From Dimorphilus gyrociliatus (Eukaryota; Animalia; Annelida), in the NCBI GenBank assembly GCA_904063045.1, contig CAJFCJ010000008.1:868001-932000 (forward strand): a DNA stretch of 64,000 bases, given 5' to 3'. The notes beneath the pieces are model-generated. The model ran no database searches and was not told the origin of the DNA. It was given only the letters and a program-made list of their open reading frames with translations. Shown here piece after piece: positions 1 through 10,332 of this stretch. The position numbers and the translations under genes were made by a program. Within the stretch, counting starts at the first letter, position 1. Each line of letters begins with the position of its first letter.

Positions 1-119
1 TCTTTAAATATTTTAAATAATGTTCTTATTTATTAAAGAAAACTGCGTCAAAAGTCCGTTGTTGTGTTCACCAGTTGCTATTTAGCAATACTCTTAGTCT
101 TCTCACTTATTTTTAAATC

Positions 120-1075
120 ATGGATTCGCGCAAGAAACACACAATTTCAAAGTATGATCAAACTCAAATGAATTTAATAAGTCAAGATTCGTCAAATAAA
201 GAAGAGTATAAAGGCGAAGAGCCCTTAAATGTATATTATTGTTTGTGCGGGAAAATGTCTCTAATTTTAGGTGAGTCTTTAATTTCGAGCAACGTTCAAA
301 AGACGTTTGATTATTTAATAGTCTATTCTATGTCCCATTTATCCATTTAATTATTTGAATCTATTTATTTTATTAGATTGTATAATAGAAAAATTGCCGA
401 TGAGGAAGAGAGATAACGCCAGAGTGATTTCTTCAAATAAACATGCTCATAAGATATTTAGTGATGCAGATGAAACGGCTTACATCAGGAGAGGAGAAGA
501 AGGTTTTACTTTTTATCAGAAAGCTTTCAAAGATAGCAAATATCTCTTTTCCAGGTGTTGAAAGGCAATATAGAAGAAAATGTACTTCCTGTGGTTTGCT
601 CTTATATTATAGACATCAAGATAATGATCAAGTGACATTTATCGTTGATGGTGCATTGAAAAGTGAAGGCCCTGGAAATTTTAAAAGTGCTAAATTTGCT
701 GAACCTAAAAAAGTCATGGTTACGAGGCATACTAAAAATATGGGAAAATTCAGCTCTGTTACAGTATCTACTATTGATGAAGAAGAGGAAGAATTGGAGG
801 CTGTGAGTGAAGAGTTTTCATCGAAGCATTTTAAATGATATATTAATATTTCCATTATCCACTTGCAGAAAGAAGTTGCTGATTCCTATATGATGAATGC
901 AAAGGTTATTGAAAAACAGCTAAAGAGGAAAGGCTTATCAAAAATGATGCAGCAAGAGGTATTAATATCTATCTATAATAAGACAATATCACATTATATT
1001 TAAACTATAAATTATCTACAGGGCGAAAGTGATTCTAAAAAATTGAAACCTAGAGGAACATTGATTGATAAATGA
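120..1075 (+). CDS. STEEP1: STING ER exit protein / UPF0428 CXorf56 homolog, 5 exons (120-270, 377-500, 555-802, 869-958, 1022-1075)
   Basis: Spliced translation gives [31 protein letters not shown]...ERQYRRKC...TFIVDGAL...[52 protein letters not shown]...GTLIDK*, closely matching the CXorf56 family; all introns GT-AG and frame-consistent. Confidence 0.93.
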
Positions 1076-1791
1076 AACTATAAAATCCAAAAAGTTTTGT
1101 AAATATACCTCAAACATCCTTTTTTCCTTTTATCTCAAAATACGTTTTTGTTGAACTAATGAGACATTTAGAAATCAGGTTACCAAACTTGTTTTTACTT
1201 AAAAAGGACTGGCCGTTGTCATCAGTAGGCCGTTATTCTCTGACAATCTACAGACACTTGTACAGTATATATAGTTTATAGATATATATATGTTCTGTTC
1301 ATATTAGAATTAATAAAAATGAAACAAACTTCTAAAAGTCATATGAAATGAGTTAAATTTTTCATATCAAAATTGAGCGTGATTGATTCTATGAATTTTA
1401 ATTAGACTATTGACATTAAATTGCATATTTGACAATTTTAGCTTTCGTCGGCCTAACTTTCTTCTTTCTGAACAAGTTTATTCTCAAATAGTTGTTACAT
1501 TTACGTAGTATAGTATTTCGGTGTTTATTTTGTTTTATATCATTCTAAAATTGTCATTTGGTTATATAGCCAAACGATGAGTGCAATTCTGTTCAGAACT
1601 TATATCACTGTATTTAGTCCAATGTATTGCACGAACATAATTGGACTTAGAATAAAGAATGGCAACATAAAATATTGAAACAGCGGAATGTGATTTAATT
1701 TATGCAGTTATCACATAATAGAAACGGCGCCGACTAGATACTTATGAAAATAACAGGATTTTTCGAAAAGAAATTATAATCAGCAAAAATT

Positions 1792-4038
1792 TTAAGCACC
1801 GACTTGCCAATCTTCACTGGCTAGATCCTGCAATTTTTCAGCTTTCCTATAAAACAGTTTTAGCCATACGCAACCCAAAAGTATTCCCATAATAACCTCA
1901 ATATAAAATCCATCAATTAGAGTTCGACATTCGCCTCCTCTTTCAACACATTTCTATATGAAAACAAAAAAAAATAAGCGAAAGTTGATTACTTTGCCCA
2001 CTTGTCTAAATTTTGTTAGAGTTATGGACTATTCTTTTACTAGCCTGTATTTGTTGTTGATTATAACAATAACCTCCTTCAGTATTTTTACATTGCTTAT
2101 CAGACAATAAGTCAACTATATAGATTCCCAAAGTTGATGGCCAAATAAAACCTACGACGGTAAAAGAAAATCTTAATATTTTTACAATTATTTTGCAGAA
2201 GGGCTTTATGAGTGAAGTATTTATTAAGTGTTAGGTTAGTGTTTTCTTACCTAAGTTAGTTGCAGTATTAAGTAATGTCATATAAGTTCCACCTATACCG
2301 GGATCTGCAACCTTACAATGAAAGCCAATGGTGCCAACTGTGCACGCATATGCTGTAGTCTGATATAGAGCTTGTACGATAAAGAGAGCAAAGTAAAACT
2401 TTGAAGGAAACACCCCGTCCGTTACGTTCAATACTTTTGCCCAATAAACGACTCCTGCAAGTCCTAGACACATCAATAACCTGTTTAACAAAAGAATTGT
2501 ATTGATTGAAAATGTCAATGTATAGCAATAACCTGGGTGGTAGACTCTTTAAGAAAACTGTAAATGGTCTTGGACCAGCTACTAATTTACTTAAGGCCAA
2601 TGGTAGAATAATATTTATTGGAACCATTGGCATACTCATCAATGCCAAATTGTGCCTGGGCACACCAGCGTCTATGAGTCTTAAATTGGTTAAGATTTCT
2701 GTTGCGGCATAACCAACTTTTGACGTTAAATGAAGGAAGACAATTTGCTTTACAGGAGGATGAGTTAGAATTTTACACAATTGTGAATAGGACTTGTTGA
2801 CACTAGAAACAGCAACTTGCGGCTTCTTCTCTCGCTTTAGAATGAGAACCAGAATCGTAACGATTACGTAGATAATTGCCCATGTTTGTAAAAAACCTAT
2901 AGAAAAAAGACTATAGTTTCAATTCATAAATCAATAAAATACATTTACGAAATACTAAAGAAATCTATGTGCTTTTCAACCTTTTAAATTCCAAATGCCA
3001 TTTGAGTTTGGAACACTCCTCAAGTGAGCGTTACAAAATGAAGAGGATTCTAAAGCTAAAAATAAAGCATTGGATATAAAATATCCAGTTGATTGACCAA
3101 CAGTATTGCATGTTGAAGCCCAACCGACATTACGCCTAAAATATAAAAAAGAAAGAAGGTGTTATAGGTATATAATTTATAATTCTAACATTACGGCGGT
3201 TTACCAGAAATGAGTATTACGACTGACATATGTCTTAAATATGTTTAAAATTCTTAGCTATCCCTTGCGAAATGTGGTAAAATTTCTTAGCACGTACTAT
3301 TCGACCACCTTTTCTAACCTTTTTTTTTTAAATAAAGCTGAGTGGCAGTACGCTTTTGTTTCTTTAACAAACTGGCGATCATTTTAGTGATATTGGTAGA
3401 GAATTATATATATGACAGCTTTATTTATTGATTAATTTGGTATAGTGAAATTCTTCGTAGGAAAGTAATTTGTATAATAATATTAAGTTAAATGGCAAAT
3501 AACTTAATTATAAGTGATATACACAAAAGAGAAAAAAATATTAAACATACTTTGAGAGCATGTTCAAGGCCCATCCATCTACAACGATATCCTGAGTGGC
3601 AGCAAGAAAAGTCAATGTGAAGAATATAAGTGCGAGAAGAATCACATTTATTTCTTTATCACCATTTTCTGGACCCAAAAGATCCCCAACTTCTAACGAT
3701 AATAACCAAAGAGCAATAGCTATTAAAACCTGAACTGGACCTAACCACGACTTTCGGCGACCAATTCTTTTAAAAAATACAGAATCCACAAAAGGAGCCC
3801 AAAATAGTTTTAAACTATATGGCCAATCTGATAAACTAAATATGGCTTGCTGTTTATAACCAATATGTCTGGTTCTTAGCATATATTGAACAGAAGATGC
3901 TACTCCTAATGGTATCCCTTGTAGAAGATAAAGCAACATCAATAATAATATTGCTCTGAGATCATCTCTAATAGGACTATGGGTGATTTTTACGCTCTCC
4001 TTGTTAGGAGATGAATTCTTGGGATTTTCAGAAGGCAT
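1792..4038 (-). CDS. SLC33A1: Acetyl-CoA transporter 1 (AT-1, MFS), multi-exon
   Basis: Motifs LLYLLQGIPLG, WPYSLKLFWAPFVDS, GRRKSW, LAATQDIVVDGWAL, GWASTCNTVGQSTG, ADPGIGGTYMTLLNTATNLG and C-terminal IDGFYIEV; last exon ends DWQVGA* at 1792. Confidence 0.93.
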
Positions 4039-4426
4039 AATTGATCCTCAATAAGACATCATTGGGATTGTAAATAAGTTTTCCTTCCTGCTATGGAATT
4101 CTGAAATATATAAGAAATGCAACAATTTTATATTTAAATAAACAAAATAATTAAAAAACAAAATGACATTCACATATAAAGTATAATTACATTTTTTTTG
4201 ACCTTACCCATGAAATGTAGGTCGCCGGTTTTAAACAGCATGATTTCTTTTTAAAATTATCATGGTTTCGATGCAAAGTTCGATTGCTTCAGCGACAGCG
4301 TCAGCAGTAAAACATACTTTACCAGTTTACTATTTCTAATAAACTAAAATATTTCGTACTAACAGTCTACTAGCATAGTCCATAATAGACCGGTTTATAA
4401 GAATATTATTTTGAAAATTATCTAAA
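4039..4426. promoter_or_regulatory. Short bidirectional promoter between SLC33A1 (-) and UBE3D (+)
   Basis: Two head-to-head ATGs (4038 and 4427) under 400 bp apart. Inferred from geometry only. Confidence 0.5.
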
Positions 4427-5968
4427 ATGGCAAAATTAAGCGTGTATGGAGATCTTAATCCAAATTTAAAAGTGGCTTATATATATGTCACTTTTTCTAA
4501 TTATAGGTTGGTCTAGCTTTTTAACTTTACTTCAAATATTTAGATTATAAGAATATAATATCGCTCTTTACAGAATTGTCGAATCCCTCTTTATTCATAA
4601 AGACCGATTTCTTATAGAATATTACGACAAAGATGATAATTCTAAGAGACAAGAAATAGTTTTCAATAATTTGAATTTTCAACTAAAGAAAAAAGTGCAA
4701 ATATCTAAAACAGGAAGCAATCCTCTACTACTTGAAATAACCTGTTCATTCGAGTTTACTATTGATCTAAAAGTAATAAAAAGCAGAAAACAATCAACTC
4801 TATTGTGGCTAAATGACTATTTCGAGACTATTTGTGCTAATTGTAGAAATATTATTATACCTCTTACTCGGTAAGCATAGTTGATCCTATTTCCCATACA
4901 AAATAAAGATATTTTATTCTTCTGTACATATTTTATTTATAGTTTTCGAAACGTTTTCCCCTTACCTGAAAATAATTGGGGAGAAAGTACTGATATGTGG
5001 TTTTGCCACGACGAAGGCGATGATTTCAAGGTAACATCAAAGTTAAATAATAACTGTCTGATATTGCCAGAAACTCTACTAATTCAAAGGCTATTTTTAT
5101 TAGAACACTCAATTAACCCCTGGAGATAATGTGTTGATATCTCAATTCTACTTTTGTGTTTCTAAACAAGTTTATTCTTATAATGAGACGTTAGAAGAAG
5201 GAAAAACAAATGAAAATGACGTATCTTGTTGCCGATGCAGATCAACCATAGGTTGCAAAAATAATGGTACTGCTTCTCGTTTCTCCTAAGCCTGGTTTTA
5301 ACGTTTCAATTATCATTAATATTCTTGACCTAAATTCCAGTTGATAGTATTATCAAAGAAGCCGTAAAATTCTACAGAAGTGCCGTTGTGGTAAATGATA
5401 CCCAAAATTCAAGGTTAGTTTTTCTCAAAGACAATCTCTTTTAAATACCAATTGACGGATTAATTTTTCCCCCAGACAACGACGATTTGATGCGTATACA
5501 ATAGCCGATATTATTTGTCGTTTAGTTGAAGAGTCTGAATCACATAGGATTGTGATAGAATGTCCCCTTCCAAATGGAAAAATTCAGGCCAAGCTATTGG
5601 TAAGTTTTGTTTTTCAATTCCAAGAGAAATGTTGTTTTTGAATTAAAAAGTCTTTTAGCTCTGGATTTTAAACGAAGATTGTCCATTTTATGATGGAAAA
5701 GTAGAAACGGAGAGCACACGTTTACCCCTTCACCGATGCGTGAAAGTATTGTATTTAGATACTTTTCGGGATAAAGGGCGCTTGTGAGTACCTATTTCTT
5801 TGAAAGTCTAATATCGAAAGAGTGCACAATAAGCAAAAAAAATTAGGGTACATTTTTGCTAGGTCGCGAGAAGGCTCGGGTTCCAGGCCAGTGGCGTCAC
5901 TGGTTGTTGACAAACAATTTTTACAACCAGCTAAACACACTGCCATGGCAGCTGGCCAGCGCTCCTGA
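4427..5968 (+). CDS. UBE3D: E3 ubiquitin ligase E3D-like (HECT_2 family); 3' end uncertain
   Basis: ICANCRNIII, NVFPLPENNWGESTDMWFCH, CCRCRSTIG, VKFYR, LLLWILNED and VKVLY match UBE3D/HECT_2 motifs in order. Stop is either 5968 (via acceptor at 5862) or about 5789 if unspliced. Confidence 0.75.
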
Positions 5969-7149
5969 CTAAGTTGCATACCAGAAAATGCATTTAACTA
6001 GATGCTCCTGTTCGATGCATCGTCTAGTACGGTCTTAGTGAAGCAGTTTAGCGAATCTCGTGCGTAAAAGTTATGATGCAATTTAATGTTGAGAGGGAGA
6101 AAATGAGAAAGAGATACCACCAGCTGTGTTCACTGTCTAAATTTTTGAGTGACCACTGCTGAGCATCCCGTTCTCAAATCCTCAATAAAGAGGGAAATAG
6201 GCAACAGAATTGAAGCATGTGCTGGGAATTCTTTTACCTCTAAGAAATTCATAGCAGCCTAGTTTTTTCATTTCCTCATTCGTCTGTAAGGAGAGAAGGA
6301 AAAACAAGCATAATTTTAGTCTGATTGCGTAAAGTTTTTATATACCTCGTGCTGGTGCACAAGGTTTGTCGTAATTAGCCCCGCGAAATATAAACACACC
6401 TATTTGTTCAGGCATGCAGCAACGTAGAAATTGTTGGCGTATCTGAGATAAGGATAAGATTATATAGGCGTTGTAAAACTGCGATTTGTCGCTACATGTA
6501 GGCGGTGGAGACTGCTATATGTTTTTGTTCAGTCTTGTTACATAAGATTATTGAAGCAAAGCATATTTTCTCTTTATTTATTCTTTTTATAGAGTAGTAT
6601 ATTGAATAAATTCTTAGTTTACTAGTACAGCTCTGTACGCCCTATCAACTGTGATACATATATATATATTATGTACAGTGAATACTATACCTGAATACTT
6701 TACCTGTAAAAATTCATTGAACTTGTTTATTGCTACATAACAATTATAGCCAAAACATATCTATAGTCGTAGACATTATCTATCTATATATATATATTAA
6801 TATATTCATATATAGTGAATATATATTTTATATATATATATATATATCCTTTTTATGCCAAGTGAGACAATGATAGTTTACATAGCAAAGAATTTAACTT
6901 AAAAAAACAAAATATATCTATAAATGCACATATATACATATATATCTAAATTACATATTTCAGTTAGTTACTTAGCAACAGAAAACTCGTATTGAATTAT
7001 CGGTCGCCGTCCTTTTATACTTATTCAGAATTCTAAATAATTCAAGCTTGTTTGAAAAAAGGGAAGGGTTGTAACTAACCTTGTTCGTCTTCGGCTCCTC
7101 GACGACGAGTGAAACATAGCGACCGTTCGATTCATGTTGTGTCCGCCAT
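5900..7149 (-). other. Putative spliced minus-strand transcript with only short ORFs (lncRNA or small-protein gene)
   Basis: Canonical donors at 7079 (GTTAGT) and 6345 (GTATAT), acceptors at 6515 and 6284; GC-richer exon blocks 7149-7080, 6514-6346 and from 6283; no long ORF. 3' end not determinable. Confidence 0.3.
6781..6847. repeat. Degenerate (TA)n microsatellite
   Basis: Directly visible TA run. Confidence 0.8.
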
Positions 7150-7990
7150 AACGTGCGCTAGCAAAACTCAAACTTGCCTTTGCTTGTTATAAAAGGCGGC
7201 CACGTGCGCGTTGCCAATGACGATTTCTTTAATCAGAGCAACGCCGCCAGTCGTTGCCGCGCTTATCGGTCTTGATCCTGATTCAACTTGTTCATTTTTT
7301 ATTTGCTATAGTTTTGTTTTAACTCATCGCTATGCTATGCAAGTACAGGCCAGACTAATCGGCCTCTTCTCTTATAGCTCTCCCCTCTGCTTTCTATTGT
7401 CTTTTGGCCGACAGCTGTTTGCGCCTGTCTGTATATAGGCTAAAATTTTTGCATACATTTTTTACCTATGAACTTTAAACGAAATGTTTAGACAGACAGA
7501 CGTTAGACCTTTTCCCCAAGCCGAAATATTCGTCTAGTTTGCCCTTCTCGATATTAATTTCATAGGCAGATTGTAGTTTACGAGTGACTGCGTCGTAAAA
7601 CGTTTCTGAAAAATACATGTTTTTTGAAAAGAACAATATATCTTACGTGTATAAGCAGAATACATATCAATCTAATAGTGTAGAGCGCATATCGTTCGAA
7701 AGATAATTATAAAATGTCTTTAAATACCTATAAAGCGTGATTAAGGTATAATAGCCCCAAACTGTGGCGAAGTTGTGAACAATATATATATATACACTAT
7801 ATATAGATATAGAATATCACATATTGTACTTGATATGCATCTTTTATTTTTGTTTAAGTTATTCACAGGAGCTTTTTGATTTATCTTAATATTATTGCAC
7901 TTCATCAGACTACGTAATTTACCTTGGGTAATTAGACAAGAAATGTATATGTTTATACATATCTACACTTACCTATTTACGTATATATTT

Positions 7991-8023
7991 AGAGAGAGAG
8001 AGAGAGAGAGAGAGAGATAAGGA

Positions 8024-8058
<35 letters not shown>
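7991..8058. repeat. Compound (AG)n-(AT)n microsatellite
   Basis: (AG) run at about 7991-8017 followed by (AT) run at about 8026-8058. Confidence 0.95.
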
Positions 8059-8059
<1 letters not shown>

Positions 8060-8805
8060 TCACCATTCGAACACGCGGTACGTTTTCCGCAGATGTTTGC
8101 AGCGCCGACCTGCAAACGGCGAATGCACGTGTTGTTCTATCGCTTTCAACTATGTGTTTGCAGTAGACTGTGTATTCTAGTCTGGTATTGTGGTATGAGC
8201 AGGATTTTCTTTTTATATCCACAATGTTCAACGCCCTTTTGCTATAGCTTGTTTTTTCTTCTTTGGGCAGATTGAGTAAGCTGTGGAGTCGAGATCTTCA
8301 TGTTCAAAATCTCAATATACCTTTTGCAACTTTTCTGCTGTTGTTTGAGTTATTGAACGAAAATTGTAGGCGTTTACCGGCCTACTCGAGAACTGCGAAC
8401 GGCTTTCTAGTAAGTGATACGACCTGAATTCATATGGATTTGTCTACAAAACCTTGAGTCTAATTTTATTCTCTTGTAGATGTCGTTCTTAACGAAAGAA
8501 GATGGCGACACTGTTAAGGAAAGACCCATCCCCTCATTGCCTCCTTAACGCTTTTTTGCCATCGAGCTGTCAAGTTTATTGAAAAACTGACGTAGGGACA
8601 CATTAGTTGCCAATTGGCTATCAATAATTAGTTATTACCAAAGAGAAATCGGTGAATTATGGAAACGCCGGTTCTTTTACTAACTTGGCCTGCGTTCGAT
8701 ACAGCTCATTGTTTGCGATTTTCTTGCAGTCTTTTATAAGCTACATTACAATCAATTAGTACAACGCCACGTGCCTCCGTCTATCGAGTTTCTTCTTACC
8801 AACAA

Positions 8806-9348
8806 ATGTTCAACAATCGTAACGTTCCTAGTTGGTTTTATAATCTAGAGTCTACGAGCCGTCGATCTGATACTCGTGGTAGTCATTATGACGAAGATGA
8901 CTTACAAACTCTAGTCGAATTAGGTGAGGACTGCGAGGGCATCGACAGGTCACCGTCTGTTTACTCGTTCAAGTCCAAAATGGCAGTTTCTCGAAAGTCA
9001 TCGTCAAGTATTTTGCCTGAGATACGATCGAATAAATTAAAAACAAATGATAGAGCTTCACATGCCCTACGTTCGTTGCCTCTCGAATCAGAGTTGGAAC
9101 AGTATCTAAAGTTCCTATCGTCTTCAAAATCAAAGCAACAAAAATTCACAAACAACTTACATAGAAGAGCTGTTTCTCGCGGACCCCTCGACCGCCCTTT
9201 ATTACCTCGACCATCTGTCTTCCAACAGCAAAAGAAAAGATTTGGTGACGAATTGTTGAAAGAAAAGACCACAAACGAAACCTTAACTAATCAACAGCGC
9301 CGAACTTATACAATGAAAGACAGTTTGAAGCGAATGCTTAATTCTTAG
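8806..9348 (+). CDS. Intronless 180-aa Ser/Arg/Lys-rich protein of unknown function
   Basis: 180-codon ATG-to-stop ORF in an AT-rich background (context CAAATG); upstream spliced leader (donor 8410, acceptor 8479). No family recognised. Confidence 0.55.
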   Translation: MFNNRNVPSWFYNLESTSRRSDTRGSHYDEDDLQTLVELGEDCEGIDRSPSVYSFKSKMAVSRKSSSSILPEIRSNKLKTNDRASHALRSLPLESELEQYLKFLSSSKSKQQKFTNNLHRRAVSRGPLDRPLLPRPSVFQQQKKRFGDELLKEKTTNETLTNQQRRTYTMKDSLKRMLNS

Positions 9349-10332
9349 TTTGGATATGGACAAGCTTATTTTTTGTGTAAATAATCAATTTGCCTGAGTG
9401 TTGAGATAACGAGCACTTTATCTGCATTTATTTACTAAGAATTATTTAAATTTTTAATAACGTACGCCATCTGCAGGTATAAAATTTTTGCAACTTTGAC
9501 GCCACCTAGTCACTTTTTATTAAATAAATATAATATAAACTCATACAATAAACATATCGTACAGTATAATTAAATTGTTATTTGATCTTTCGATTGAAAA
9601 ACATTTTAGTGAATGGAACTCATCACAATAGTTAATTAAAATAAATTTAATGCAAATATCTAGTCAATGCATCGATAAATTCTGCAAAAATTAAGACCAC
9701 CCAAATATCTCAAATTCCACTTGAGCCAGACGAACAGGCTAGTTAGGACTAAGATTTGATTATAGGCGACAAAGGTCAAATTCTCATTATTGAATAGACT
9801 AAAAATATGTGAATGAATTGCTATAGATCAAACTCTATTAAAACATTTCAAAGGAAGAAAATAGACAGATAGCATGTAGGCCCATGAAACAGAAAATAGA
9901 ACCATAAATAGTCTCTCGGGGGCGTAAACCTCTTAAAAAGGGTGTTTGTAGAATACTTCTTTTTACATGAATTGGAATGGATTCTTGCCTTTTATTGATA
10001 TGCTATAGTTCCACACATAGACATTTTCCTATTCTTAGGCTCAATATAATAGCATTATAATACAGATTGTATACTCTAGGTCCTTTGAATAGCTACCCCT
10101 GTTTAAGCCCTATTCGGTTATTGAAATTAAACGGGAGCCGGGATCTCTCCCTCCCGAGATATCTAGGTGTATCCTCTGATCGATATGGTCAAATCAACGG
10201 TGTGGAACCGCATTCTGGGCTGAACACTAACTATCTCTCGTTAGTTCAGTAGAAGACGATTTGCGTTTTTAATAGCCTGGGATTGGCAGAACTTACGAGG
10301 GTTCTCCAGTAGCAAAGGCTAGTAGAGACGTA

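Noticed and set aside
5885-5935. Short hairpins (CCAGTG/CACTGG; CTGGTTGT/ACAACCAG) as a miRNA or IRE
   Set aside because: Stems are only 6-8 bp, the CAGTG is in the stem rather than the loop, and no known miRNA seed was recognised.
7132-7149. Antizyme-type +1 frameshift gene
   Set aside because: ORF1 is only 5 codons, ACA-UGA is not a shift site I know for antizyme, and the downstream frame lacks antizyme motifs. The weak FLRGFE...GH resemblance near 6240-6150 depends on a non-consensus GAG acceptor.
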